Below are positions 44,561 through 56,000 of a stretch of 64,000 nucleotides of DNA, in pieces. Each line of letters starts with the position of its first letter. Positions within the stretch are counted from its first letter, which is position 1. A program made the position numbers and the translations under genes. Origin of the DNA: Stegostoma tigrinum (lineage: Eukaryota); contig NC_081376.1 in assembly GCF_030684315.1 (NCBI RefSeq), positions 33,819,608 to 33,883,607 on the forward strand, given 5' to 3'. The notes beneath the pieces were generated by a model, which saw only the letters and a list, made by a program, of their open reading frames with translations, ran no database searches and was not told where the DNA came from.

Positions 44561-46789
44561 CAAATGAAAGCCACTTTGCCCACCGAAGGTTTATTTAATC
44601 TCGAATGGACACAAAGTCTCAGCAACAAAATATCCAACTCATTTTTTAAAATGGTTTATTGGTGGAAGGATCGAGAATCAAAATAAGTAGGTTATGAGGA
44701 ATAAAAGTGTAATCCTGCAGATGATGGAAACATGAATCAAACACAGAAAATGTTTGAGGAATTCAGCAGATTTGGCATCATCTGTGAAGAGAGAAATTAA
44801 CTTTTCGAGTTCAGTATGACTATCATTCCTCAGATGACACGAGGATTTTGTTTTAATGCAGCAAATAGTCAAGATCTGGAATCACTGCTTAAGAGATGGG
44901 TGAAGACAGAATCAATTGTAGTTTTCAAAAGAGGTTTGCATCGTTACCAGAAGAACTATTTGCAAGATTATGAAGGAAAGACTTTGACCACCACTAGGTT
45001 AATTGCTGTGGCACAGATACAATGAGCCAAATGTTTCATATTCTGTGAATTTACCATTCTGTGACTCTATGATTTCAGTGTTTATAGGTTCTCTGCCATT
45101 TCCAGCTTTGTGACCAGTTGCCACTCCATTTTTTACACTACCGTATTGTAACATATTGAAATTACAATAACTGCACTTCAAAAGTACTTAATTGGCTGTA
45201 AAGCACTTTGGCATCTTCAGTGACCATGAAAGGTGCTCTGTCAATACAAATGTGCTTTCTTGTAATGTTTGTATCTAGATGTCCATAATAACATGGTCAT
45301 GAATTATAGATTGTTCACCGTATTTGCGAACATTTGTTTTATTTTAGTCTGTTTTGTGTCTGCTCAGTGACACCAGTGTTGTGGGTAAATCATTACAAGC
45401 TATCATTAATTTGGCTACTTATTAAGAAATCTCACAGACAATCAAGTACTGAAACAACAATTTAAACTTTATTGCATGTAGCAACCAAAATAAGACACTG
45501 CAAGTAACCAAGTTAAACTTCACAAACCAACTTGGCTATTACCTGATTAATGGTAGAATATAGTCAGAATTTAACCAACAGTATTTGTCTTTGGAAGTGT
45601 ACAGCGTTCAATCTTTTTATAGTGATTTCCTTGGAAGTTCTGCCACTGAATTATTCTGCTGTTGGATTCTTGTACAATTTTCTGGCTTTCAAGTTTGTGG
45701 TGTGACATTTTTGATGATTCGATAGATGCTTTCATCTCTAATATTGATTGCACTTCTGAAGATCTCAAATCTATAGCTTGCTTTCTTATCAGAAGTAGCT
45801 CCCTGCTCCTTGTTATGTTTGGGATTAGGTGTCTGTTTAAAACTCAGCTTTTTCCTGCAATTAACCCTTTAACTTCAGAACATTCCTTCTGCAGGCAGAT
45901 TTAATTGCCTATTTGTCATGAGGGAACATATTATCAAGCAGTGTTATCTCCTCTTTCTCAGTAAACAGCTTGTTTATGTTGTTTCTTCCCAGAGATGCTT
46001 AATTCACACATTGTTTTTAATTCCTTTATAACAGCTTCTCCTTGTCCCTTGCATCTCAAGAAACAATTTATTCCAGAAAGACTTATCAACTGCTTCTTTC
46101 AGTTCATAAAGTTATTAAAGTTTTGAAGTTTACCCTGGGGTAATTTAGTCTTACTGTCACAGTTGAACTTAAACAAAGCTTGCTGTTTCTGAAAATCCAT
46201 GTAAAATTTTCTTTAAATAACTTGCTTTTATCCTAATTGTGATGCCAATTCTCACATAAGTTAAAATTTCGTTCTAGGTTACCCAAGTGTTAGGAGGTTG
46301 AAACCAAGGTAGTGGAAGATCTCAGCAGGAGTAGCAGCATCTGTGGAAAGAAACAAAGTGAATTTGAATGCAATGTGACTAGATCTATGCTGTTGTTACG
46401 GACTGAAGCATTTTATCCACCAGCGGGGCACCTAGGAAGCTCATAGTGTTCAGGGTTGGAGGACTGGTGCTATCTCTCTCTGTGACTGAGCTTTTGCCCG
46501 GACTGCACAGGAGACAACTGACAACATTTCCACCGTTCTGTAGCGTCATTGGACTCGAAACGTTATTTCCACTTTCTCTCCACTGTTGCTGCCAAACTTG
46601 CTGAGTTTCTCCAGCAATTTCTGTTTATATTTCAGATCTCCGTCATCTGCAGTATTTTTAGACGAGATTAAAGTAATTGTTTTTAGGTTTGATAACTTAA
46701 CTTTGCAGTTTTAGTAATCTATTATGCCCTTATAAAATTGCTATGTTTACTGTATTGTCTCGTGTTATTACAAGCAGTTACTGGTTGGT

Positions 46790-46960
46790 CGTCGCATTGT
46801 GTAGGTCTCATCTGGTCGCTGATGGCACGCCATCTTGTGTAGGTCACATAACTGGAGGTTAGTGGACACACCATTTTGTGTAGGTCACGGCCGGTCCGCC
46901 ATCTTGTGTAGGTCACAGGTCTTAGTAGCCGGGAGCTGCCATATTCTGAGGGGTCAGAGC
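46790..46960 (+). promoter_or_regulatory. UQCRC2 promoter with tandem YY1 + AGGTCA composite motifs
   Basis: CGCCATCTTGTGTAGGTCAC at 46828 and 46897, CACCATTTTGTGTAGGTCAC at 46869, partial copies at 46793 and 46937, ending 17 nt before the ATG. Confidence 0.8.
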
Positions 46961-46973
46961 TAAGGCGGAGATA

Positions 46974-47018
46974 ATGAGGTCGGTGAGGAAGGTGAATTCT
47001 ACACTCGTTAACCTTGTC
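46974..47018 (+). CDS. UQCRC2: UQCRC2 exon 1 (mitochondrial presequence)
   Basis: ata[18 protein letters not shown]|gtaagt in CpG island, phase 0. Confidence 0.85.
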
Positions 47019-50000
47019 GTAAGTGTTTCCATTCGTATTTTCACCAAGGAACGGGTTATTTATTCGAGAAGTACTCGGTTCCGTGGCTCTCGAGCCGCAG
47101 ACGGTAAATTACTCGTCAGCCCGCTTTTTGCGTTGTAGCGGCACTTCGGTGCTTCAGCGCCTACTCGGTGTGGACTCAGTCCCAAACCGATACCGACCTT
47201 CTGTATGTCTAGTCCGACTGGAACCCGGACACCGGGGAAGCCACTGTGTGAGCCTGGGTCTGGGAGGTTGCTGAAGGTCATCCACTGGCTAGACGTGAGA
47301 CACCAACCTGCCTGTTCGGTTGAAGCAGTCAGAAACACTGTATCTTCCCACTCCATGATATATTCTGCAAATTGTGTTTACTTAAAAATGTCATTGTTCT
47401 ACATTCAAAATCACGAAATACAGACAATACCTATGTAGGGATTTGACATTGCAAAGGTTATTTTGATATAGCACCAGCTGCACAATACAGCTAATAAAAT
47501 GTGAAGCTGGATGAACACAGCAGGCCAAGCAGCATCTCAGGAGCACAAAAGCTGACGTTTCGGGCCTAGACCCTTCATCAGAGAGGGGGATGGGGAGAGG
47601 GAACTGGAATAAATAGGGAGAGAGGGGGAGGCGGACCGAAGATGGAGAGTAAAGAAGATAGGTGGAGAGAGTGTAGGTGGGGAGGTAGGGAGGGGATAGG
47701 TCAGTCCAGGGAAGACGGACAGGTCAAGGAGGTGGGATGAGGTTAGTAGGTAGCTGGGGGTGCGGCTTGGGGTGGGAGGAAGGGATGGGTGAGAGGAAGA
47801 ACCGGTTAGGGAGGCAGAGACAGGTTGGACTGGTTTTGGGATGCAGTGGGTCGGGGGAAAGAGCTGGGCTGGTTGTGTGGTGCAGTGGGGGGAGGGGACG
47901 AACTGGGCTGGTTTAGGGATGCAGTAGGGGAAGGGGAGATTTTGAAACTGGTGAAGCCCACATTGATACCATATGGCTGCAGGGTTCCCAGGCGGAATAT
48001 GAGTTGCTGTTCCTGCAACCTTCGGGTGGCATCATTGTGGCAGTGCAGGAGGCCCATGATGGACATGTCATCTAGAGAATGGGAGGGGGAGTGGAAATGG
48101 TTTGCGACTGGGAGGTGCAGTTGTTTGTTGCGAACTGAGCGGAGGTGTTCTGCAAAGCGGTCCCCAAGCCTCCGCTTGGTTTCCCCAATGTAGAGGAAGC
48201 CGCACCGGGTACAGTGGATGCAGTATATCACATTGGCAGATGTGCAGGTGAACCTCTGCTTGATGTGGAATGTCATCTTGGGGCCTGGGATGGGGGTGAG
48301 GGAGGAGGTGTGGGGGCAAGTGTAGCATTTCCTGCGGTTGCAGGGGAAGGTGCTGGGTGTGGTGGGGTTGGAGGGCAGTGTGGAGCGAACAAGGGAGTCA
48401 CGGAGAGAGTGGTCTCTCCGGAAAGCTGACAGGGGAGGGGATGGAAAAATGTCTTGGGTGGTGGGGTCGGATTGTAAATGGCGGAAGTGTCGGAGGAAGA
48501 ACAGCCTTCCAGCACAATACAGCTGTCAGGATTTCGAATTTTGTATTTCTATTGCAGTAACAATAATTTTGAACTGGCAAGTGGAATTCTGCTTTCACCA
48601 AAATTGGCCAATCATCTTTATATGTCTTTGTTAAACTGTGTTTCTTCATTTAAAAATTTAGTTTATATCAAGGTGAGAGCAATTGTCCTTGACAGTAAGG
48701 TAACGTTTGCTTGTGGTATTAGGGAAGTACAAAAGCTAGATTAGTTATGGTGGACGGGGAGGGGATGGAATCCCTCCACTGTTTGGAGTCATGTGGCAAT
48801 AGTTGTCATCTTCATCTCATCACTAGAGCTGCTCCTCAAGTATCTGAGGCCTGACCATCTGCTGCTGCTGCTTCACCTCTAAACTTCCCTCTAAACTATT
48901 TGCTAATGATTGGAACAATGTTCAGCACTATTTGCAACTCCTCAGATACTGAAGCAAGTTGTGTCCATGTACAGCAAGACGTAGACAACATCAAGTTTGG
49001 GCTAATAAGTGGCAAGTTAAGATTTTGCTATACGAGTGCTGGGCAATAGTTATCTCCCACTGAGATTCAATGACTTTATCATTGACCAGAAACTGAACTG
49101 GCTGAGCTATATAAATACTTTGCTACTGAGCCAAGTCTGTAGTCAGTAATTCAGGCAAAAGTCAGGAAGTGCATGGTAGCATTGTGCTTAGCACTGCTGC
49201 CTCATATGCTGGGGACTTGGGTTTGATTCCAGCCATGTGCCCCCCCTCTGTGTGGAGTTTGCATGTTCTCCCCGCATCTGTGGGTTTCCACCTGATTGTC
49301 CAATTTCTCCCCACAGTCCAAAGATGTGCAGGTCAGGTGGTTCTGCCATGCTAAATTGTCCTATAGTATCCAGGGATGTGCAGGTAAGTGGATTAGCAAG
49401 GAATATAGAAACATGCAGTGAGGATTGCTTTTTTGTATAAAAAGGAAAATTGAGGCAAAAGTAAACATAGGCCACTAAGAAAATGGGGAAAAATGAATAA
49501 CCAAAAAGTTGAAGAGGAATTGAAAGAGTATTTTGCATCAGTTTTGATGGTACAAGACACTAATAACATTTCAACAATACGAAATTCAAGGTGCCAAAAG
49601 TAGAGAGGAAATAAACACAGTAACTGTCACAAGAGAAAAAGTGCTAGGTAAATGAATGTAACTGCATACTGACTTTGTGATTTAAGTACCAGGAGATCTA
49701 GATCCTTCTGCCATCTTACTATCCCACTCCCACGGTCTCCCCATGCCCCTTAACCCCTTTAGCCGTGACAGCCACATCCACCTCCCTCCTGAATACATCT
49801 AATGAACTGACCCCACCAGCAGCGTGTGGAAGAGAATTGCAGATGTTCACAATGCTGAGTGAAGAAATTCTTCCTTATCTCAGTCCTGAATGGTTTACTG
49901 CTGATTCTTAGACTGTAACCCTGAGTTCTGGACCTCCCCAGCATCAGGGTTCATCCCATATCTAGCCTGTCCAGTCCCGTCAGGACTTTACATGTCACTG

Positions 50001-53000
50001 TGAGATACCCCCCTTCTAAATTCCAGCGAACACAAGCCCAGTCAATCCAGTCTTTCCTCATATGTCAGTCTTGCCATCCTGGGAATCACTTGTGTGAACC
50101 TTCGCTGGACTCCCTCAATAGTATGAAGGACCTTCCCCAGATTAGGAGATCAAAACTGCACACAATACTCAAGGTGTGGCCTCACCAAGGCCTTAAATAA
50201 CTGCAGCAAAACAGCTTGACTACAGTACTCATAACCTAAACAATGAAGGCCAGCACGCCATTAGCTTTCCTCACCGCCTGTTGTACCTTCAGCGACTATT
50301 CCACCATGACACCCAGATCTCATTGCACCTCAGCTTGTCCTAAACTGCCACAGTCAGAAAATCTGCTGTGTTGTTTTTGGAACCAAGTGGATAACTCACA
50401 TTTATCCACATTATACTGCATTTGGCAAATATTTTATCCACTCGGCCATTCTGTCCAAGTCACCCGGCAGCTTCTTAACATCCTCCTCACAGCTTAGTGT
50501 CATCTGCACATTTGGAGATACTGCATTCAATTCCTTCATCCAAATTGTTAAATGTATAATGTGGACAGCTAGGGTCTCAGCACTGAGCCTTATGGCACCC
50601 CACTCGTCACTGCCTGACACTCTGAAAAGGATCATTACCTCCGATACTGAGCTTTAATTTTGCCTACTAATCTCTTGTGTGGAACCTCGTCAAAAGCCTT
50701 TTGAGAGCCCAGAGATTCAGCATCTATTGATTCATCCTTGTTCACTCTACTGGTTACATCCTCAAAAAACTTCATAAGATTTGTCAAGCATGATTTCCAT
50801 TTAGTGAATCCATGCTGACTAAGATCAATTCTATCGCTGCTTTCCAAATACTCAGTTATTTCATCCTAAATAATTGACTCCAGCATTTTACCCACGACTG
50901 ATGTCAGGCTAACCTGTCTATAATTCCGCATTTTCACTCTCCCTCCCTTTCTAAAGTGGTAGGGGTTACATTAGCTATCCTTCAGCCCATTGGAACTCTC
51001 CCAGAGTCTACAGAATGCTTGAAAATCATCATTGATACGTCCACTAGGATCACTTCCTTAAGTTCTGTGGGATGCAGAGGTACAGGCCCTGGAGACCTAT
51101 CAAGGTTTAACCCCATCAATTACCTCAGTACCATTTCCTGACTACAAGGATTTCCTTCAGTTCCTCCTTCGTGTTTGACCCGCTGTTCCCTAGCATTTTG
51201 GGAGTGTTCTTTGTGTCCTCCTTAGTGAAGATGGATCCAAAGTATTTGTTCAACTGTTCTGCCATCTCTTTGTCCATTATGAATTCACCTGATTCTAACT
51301 GCAAGGGACCTACATTGTATTCACCAGTACTTTTGTCTTCACAAGAAGAAGTTTTTGCAGTCAGGTGTTTTCCACAAGTTTACTTTCATATTCTATTTTG
51401 CCTTTCTGAGTTAAACCCTTTGTCCTCCTCTGCTGAATTTTAAATTTCTCTCTTGCACTACCTTCCTACACTTCCTCTGTCTGTTGGTCACCCATTCCCT
51501 ATCTTCCTTAGTAATTTTTATCTGCAGTGTGACCAACTTGCTGAACATGTTATCCATGATTCCCTCAGCCTTGGGCTGTAACACGGAGTGGTGGTATGCA
51601 TTACATTGAGTTCTTCTGCAGAGGGAAATTGAGCGTCAGATGGATAAGAGCTATCTCTGGTCATCTGTTATTCAGACGGACAGTTGAACAGATGATCGCT
51701 CATCATCCATGTGGGCAAGGATATGTAGGCTAATCTGAAGAGGAATAACTGAGCTCTTTTGAATAATAGTTTGTGCAATCTATATTTTATGCTATCTATA
51801 AAATTAGGCCACTTTTAGAATGCTGTGTTCATTTCTGGTCTCCTTGCTGTGGGAAGGAGTTGTTAAACTATGTTGCAGACCATCTTCCCTGAGGTATCCA
51901 GGAGAGATGCATTGATCATTCTGAAACATTGCAATTGATTGTTGACATTTGTGTAAATTTTTGGTTTCAGACGAAGAGGTTTTATTCGCCCAAAGTTGCG
52001 GTTGAGCATGAGTTTACAGCATCTGCAGAGAAACAACACCTTCCAGCACAGGAATTGCAGGTCAGTGAACAACTATAGTCTTTGTCAGAAGTGTGATTTC
52101 ACCTTGATCATTTTTTAAAAAAACCTTCCTTTGGCATCAAGGCTTTTATGACACTTTGAGAAGATTACGTGCAGATAATGTCCACGGAGGTGTCCGGTAA
52201 TCAAACAGTGTGCTGCAGGACATTGAGGTTGCAGGTTGTCTGCACTTTCTCTCTTACATGTGTATAATATGGTATTTAAGAATATTTGCAGGACTTGAAC
52301 ACTTCCTGCTTCTTAATTGCCATTCACAAGGTACAGAAGTAAAACAAAACTAAGATACTTTGGGATAACAAGGTGTAGAGCTGGATGAACACAGCAGGCC
52401 AAGCAGCATCAGAGGAGCAGGAAGGCTGACGTTTCGGGCCTAGACCCTTCAGTAAAGATACTTTGGGGCTGATTCGTTGATCCAGCAAATAACTGACTCT
52501 CTCTAAATCAGAATTCTCAGGTTTGATTCTTAATCAGTGCTGAGTCAGCTGACTTTAGTCAGATGGGGTTAGGGATGTAACTGCTTTTCAGCTCTTTGTC
52601 GATTTGTGTATGATGTTGATTGATCACTGAGGCAAAATACCAAAGAGCATGATCACAGGAAATTGTGGTGGTGGTGCTGGTTGGATGGGGAGTGGGTGGC
52701 GAACGAGAGAGAGAGAGAGAGAGAGAGATGACATATGGCTACAGAGTTGGCTGAAAGCATTAGAAATACTTTTAGCTGGCCTGACAAAGACACTATCTAC
52801 AACAACATGGCAAAAATCAGCAGGTCTGGCAGATGAAGAGTCACCACACTCAAAACGTTAATGCTACTTTCTCATACTGTCATTCAGCATGGAAACAGAC
52901 CCCATGGTCAACTAGTCCACACCGACTGTGTTACCAGACTAAACTAGTCCCAGCTACCTGCTTTTGGCACATTTCTCTCCAAACCATTCCTACTCATATA

Positions 53001-56000
53001 TGTATCCAAATGTATTTTAAATGTTGTAACTGTACTGGCATCCATTTCCTCTTGCAGTTCATTCCACACACTAACCGCACTGTGTTTTTAAAAAAAAGTC
53101 ACCTTTCATGTCCTTTTTAAAAATCTTTCTCCTCTCACCTTAAAATTATGCCCCCTAGTTTTGAGCTTCCCACTTTAGGGAAAAAGGTGTTAATCAACTT
53201 TTTTCTGCCCCATATGATTTATAAACCTTTGTAAGGTAACCCCTCAACCTTCTCTGCTCCAGTGAAAGAAGTCCTGGTCTGTCCAATGTATTTTTTATAA
53301 TTCAAACCCTACATATTTGTCAACATTCTGGTAAATCTTCCTTGAGCTCTTTCCCGCTTAATAATATCCTTCTTATAACAGGGTGACCAGAACTGATGCA
53401 TTGCAAAATTACTAACCATGCCTATATTTTCATCCAAATCACTTGTATAGATGACAAACAAAGGAAAACCCAGCACCAATCCCTGTGGAACACTGCTTTC
53501 ATAGGCCTCCAGTCCAAAAAAAAATCCTCAACTGCCATGCTTTGTCTCCTACCGTCAAGCCAATTTTGTATCCAACTGGTAAGCTCACCCTGAATCCTGT
53601 GTAATTTAACTTTACTAATTGGCCTACCATGCAGAACCTTGTCATAGGCTTTACTAAAGTCCAACAAACAATGTCTGCTGCTCTGCCCTCGCCAATCTTC
53701 TGGGTTTCTTCCTCAAAAAACTCAGCAAAACCTTTGTGACATATGGTTTCCTTCGGAGAGAAAACCATGCTGACTATCCCTAACCATTCCTTGCCTCTCC
53801 AAATATGTGTAAATCCTATTTTTCAGGATCACTTCCAACAGCCTATCCATCATCAAGGTCAGACTGTATAGTTCTATACTTCCCAGGCTTCTCCATACAG
53901 CCTTTCTTAAATAAAGGCACAACATTAATCACACAACAGTCCTCTGGCATCTCACCTGTGGCTATAGAGGATGCAAATATTTCTCCTAGGTGCCCTGCAG
54001 TTTCCTCCCCAATTTCCCACAATGTCCTGGGATGGACTTGATCAGGTCTTAGGGATTAAAACCTCCAATACTTCCTTTTCTGTAGTACGAACTGTTTTCA
54101 AAACACCAATATTTATTTTCCTGAGCGCTCTAGCCTCTGTTTGTTTCTCCACAGTAAAAATTCTTGCAAAATATTCAGTTAATATCTCTCCCATCTCCTG
54201 AGGTTCAACAGAAAGACAATGTCATTAACTTTTAACAACAGATGCTGCCAGATCTCCTGAACTTCACCAGTAATTTGTTTTTCTTTTCAGATCTCCAGCA
54301 TCTATAGTTCTTTGTTTTATTACAAAGGCATTATCTACCCGTATTGATTATTTAAATGCACTTTTCATGTTTTCAAGTTGACCAAAAGTGAATTTCCTTT
54401 GAACTGTAATTGCTGTTGTAATGTAAAAAAAAATGTAATAAGCAATTTGTGCACAATAAAGTCCCACAGACAACATTGAAATGAATGATTAGATATTCTG
54501 TTTGTTGGTAATGATTATTAGTTAGGCCTTTGGGAAACTTCATAGTTCTTTTTTGAACTGGTAATTAGGGCCTCTGTGTTTGTAATCAAAAAGACAGGAT
54601 TTCTAATGGTTTGATAGTCCCTCAATATTATCCTAAGATGTCAGCCAAGATCATCTTGAAATAATCCCTTGAGATCTATGTTGATTTCACTGTCCAATTA
54701 ATAAACTTGACTGAATACAACGTACATGTAATTACTGCATTGGGGAATTGAACCTGTGCTGTTGCTGTCATGCTACTTTGCAAACTAGCCGTCTCGCCAA
54801 TTGAGCTAACTCACCCTAAAGATCCAGTCTTTTCAACTTTGCCCCTTACCTGAGACATGGTGACTCACTGCTAGTCATCTGTTTCTGATGAGAGAGCAAT
54901 CCTGTAAGAGGATGGTGACTTTACTTTCACTTTGTGACTGTTATGAGATTAAAATGAGACTACAATACCACCTAGTGGTTCAGACCATCAAGGCACCAGG
55001 ACCTGTTTATGCGAGCAATTCAACTCTAGTTTAAGGAGGCAACTTTTTGAGATAAAAGTATAACCAAAGGACTTTAGATAGAAGGTCTGTACTTCAAATT
55101 TAAATTATTGAAATTTAATACTTTGCTAAAATCATATGATGATCAATTCTTTGAAGGAATGCAATTTTTCTTCTACAGGTGTCTAAATTACCAAATGGAT
55201 TAGTAATTGCCTCACTGGAGAATTACTCGCCGACCTCAAAGATTGGAGTATTTATAAAGGCAGGAAGCAGGTATGAGAGTGCCAGTAACTTGGGCATCAC
55301 TCATGCCCTTCGCCTGGCAGCAAATTTGGTAAGTAACATTTTAATGGAAGTCTTAGCACTTCAAATAATTCTTTACCATTGCAACACTATTTCAAGATTT
55401 CTTTCTTGCTTTATTTTAAATCAGAGAAAAATTATCATTGTGCTCACCATCCTCTGTGTGTAGATTGTTTTAAATGATCTAATTGAATTGAATTGTTCAC
55501 AGTTACATTTGAGTGGGTAAAGCCTGTTACTTGATGTCCCAAGGGCACATTCACTTCACCCCAAGTTTACACATCTGTTTTCTCTCTTTCTCTACATGAT
55601 ACCATATACTTGCTGGGAAATGATTCCAATGGTGCTGACAGATCTCTGGCTTATCACCTTAGTGACTATCTCTTTAGATGTGGCTCTGGACAGTGTATGT
55701 CGCTAGATGCTTAGTTTGGCTACGATAAGGTCAGAAGTCACATGACACCAGTTTATAGTCTAACAGGCTCATTTGGATTCTCTCTCGCTTTTAGGTTGCT
55801 GTAAGAGAGCAGGGCACACAGATACAGAGTTTATCGGCAGAGAGATCAAAAGGTCATACAATTGGTATGATTGGAGTGTCAGATGATAAATCTCTGCAGG
55901 TGACCAAGAGTGTTAGATGGTGTGTAAAGTGTTTATAAAGTCAGTATCAGTGCTGTGTTGTCATGACAATCAGACAGAGCCGCAGGAATATACAAACGGT

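Noticed and set aside
45377-46256. Possible second solo LTR (TGT...ACA) between SNU13 and UQCRC2, with a 65-aa minus ORF
   Set aside because: Flanks CCAG and TAAG do not form a TSD and the ORF has no recognisable family; needs a repeat-library search.
46828-46916. Repeat-spacer pattern superficially like a CRISPR array
   Set aside because: Vertebrate promoter, spacers of only 21 and 8 nt, no cas genes; better explained as transcription-factor sites.
51971-51976. Alternative acceptor 6 nt into UQCRC2 exon 2 (cag ACGAAG|AGG)
   Set aside because: In-frame two-residue change in the presequence; no evidence of use from sequence alone.
55290-55328. UQCRC2 lacks the M16 peptidase HxxEH motif (THALRL)
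   Set aside because: Expected for the catalytically inactive core 2 subunit.
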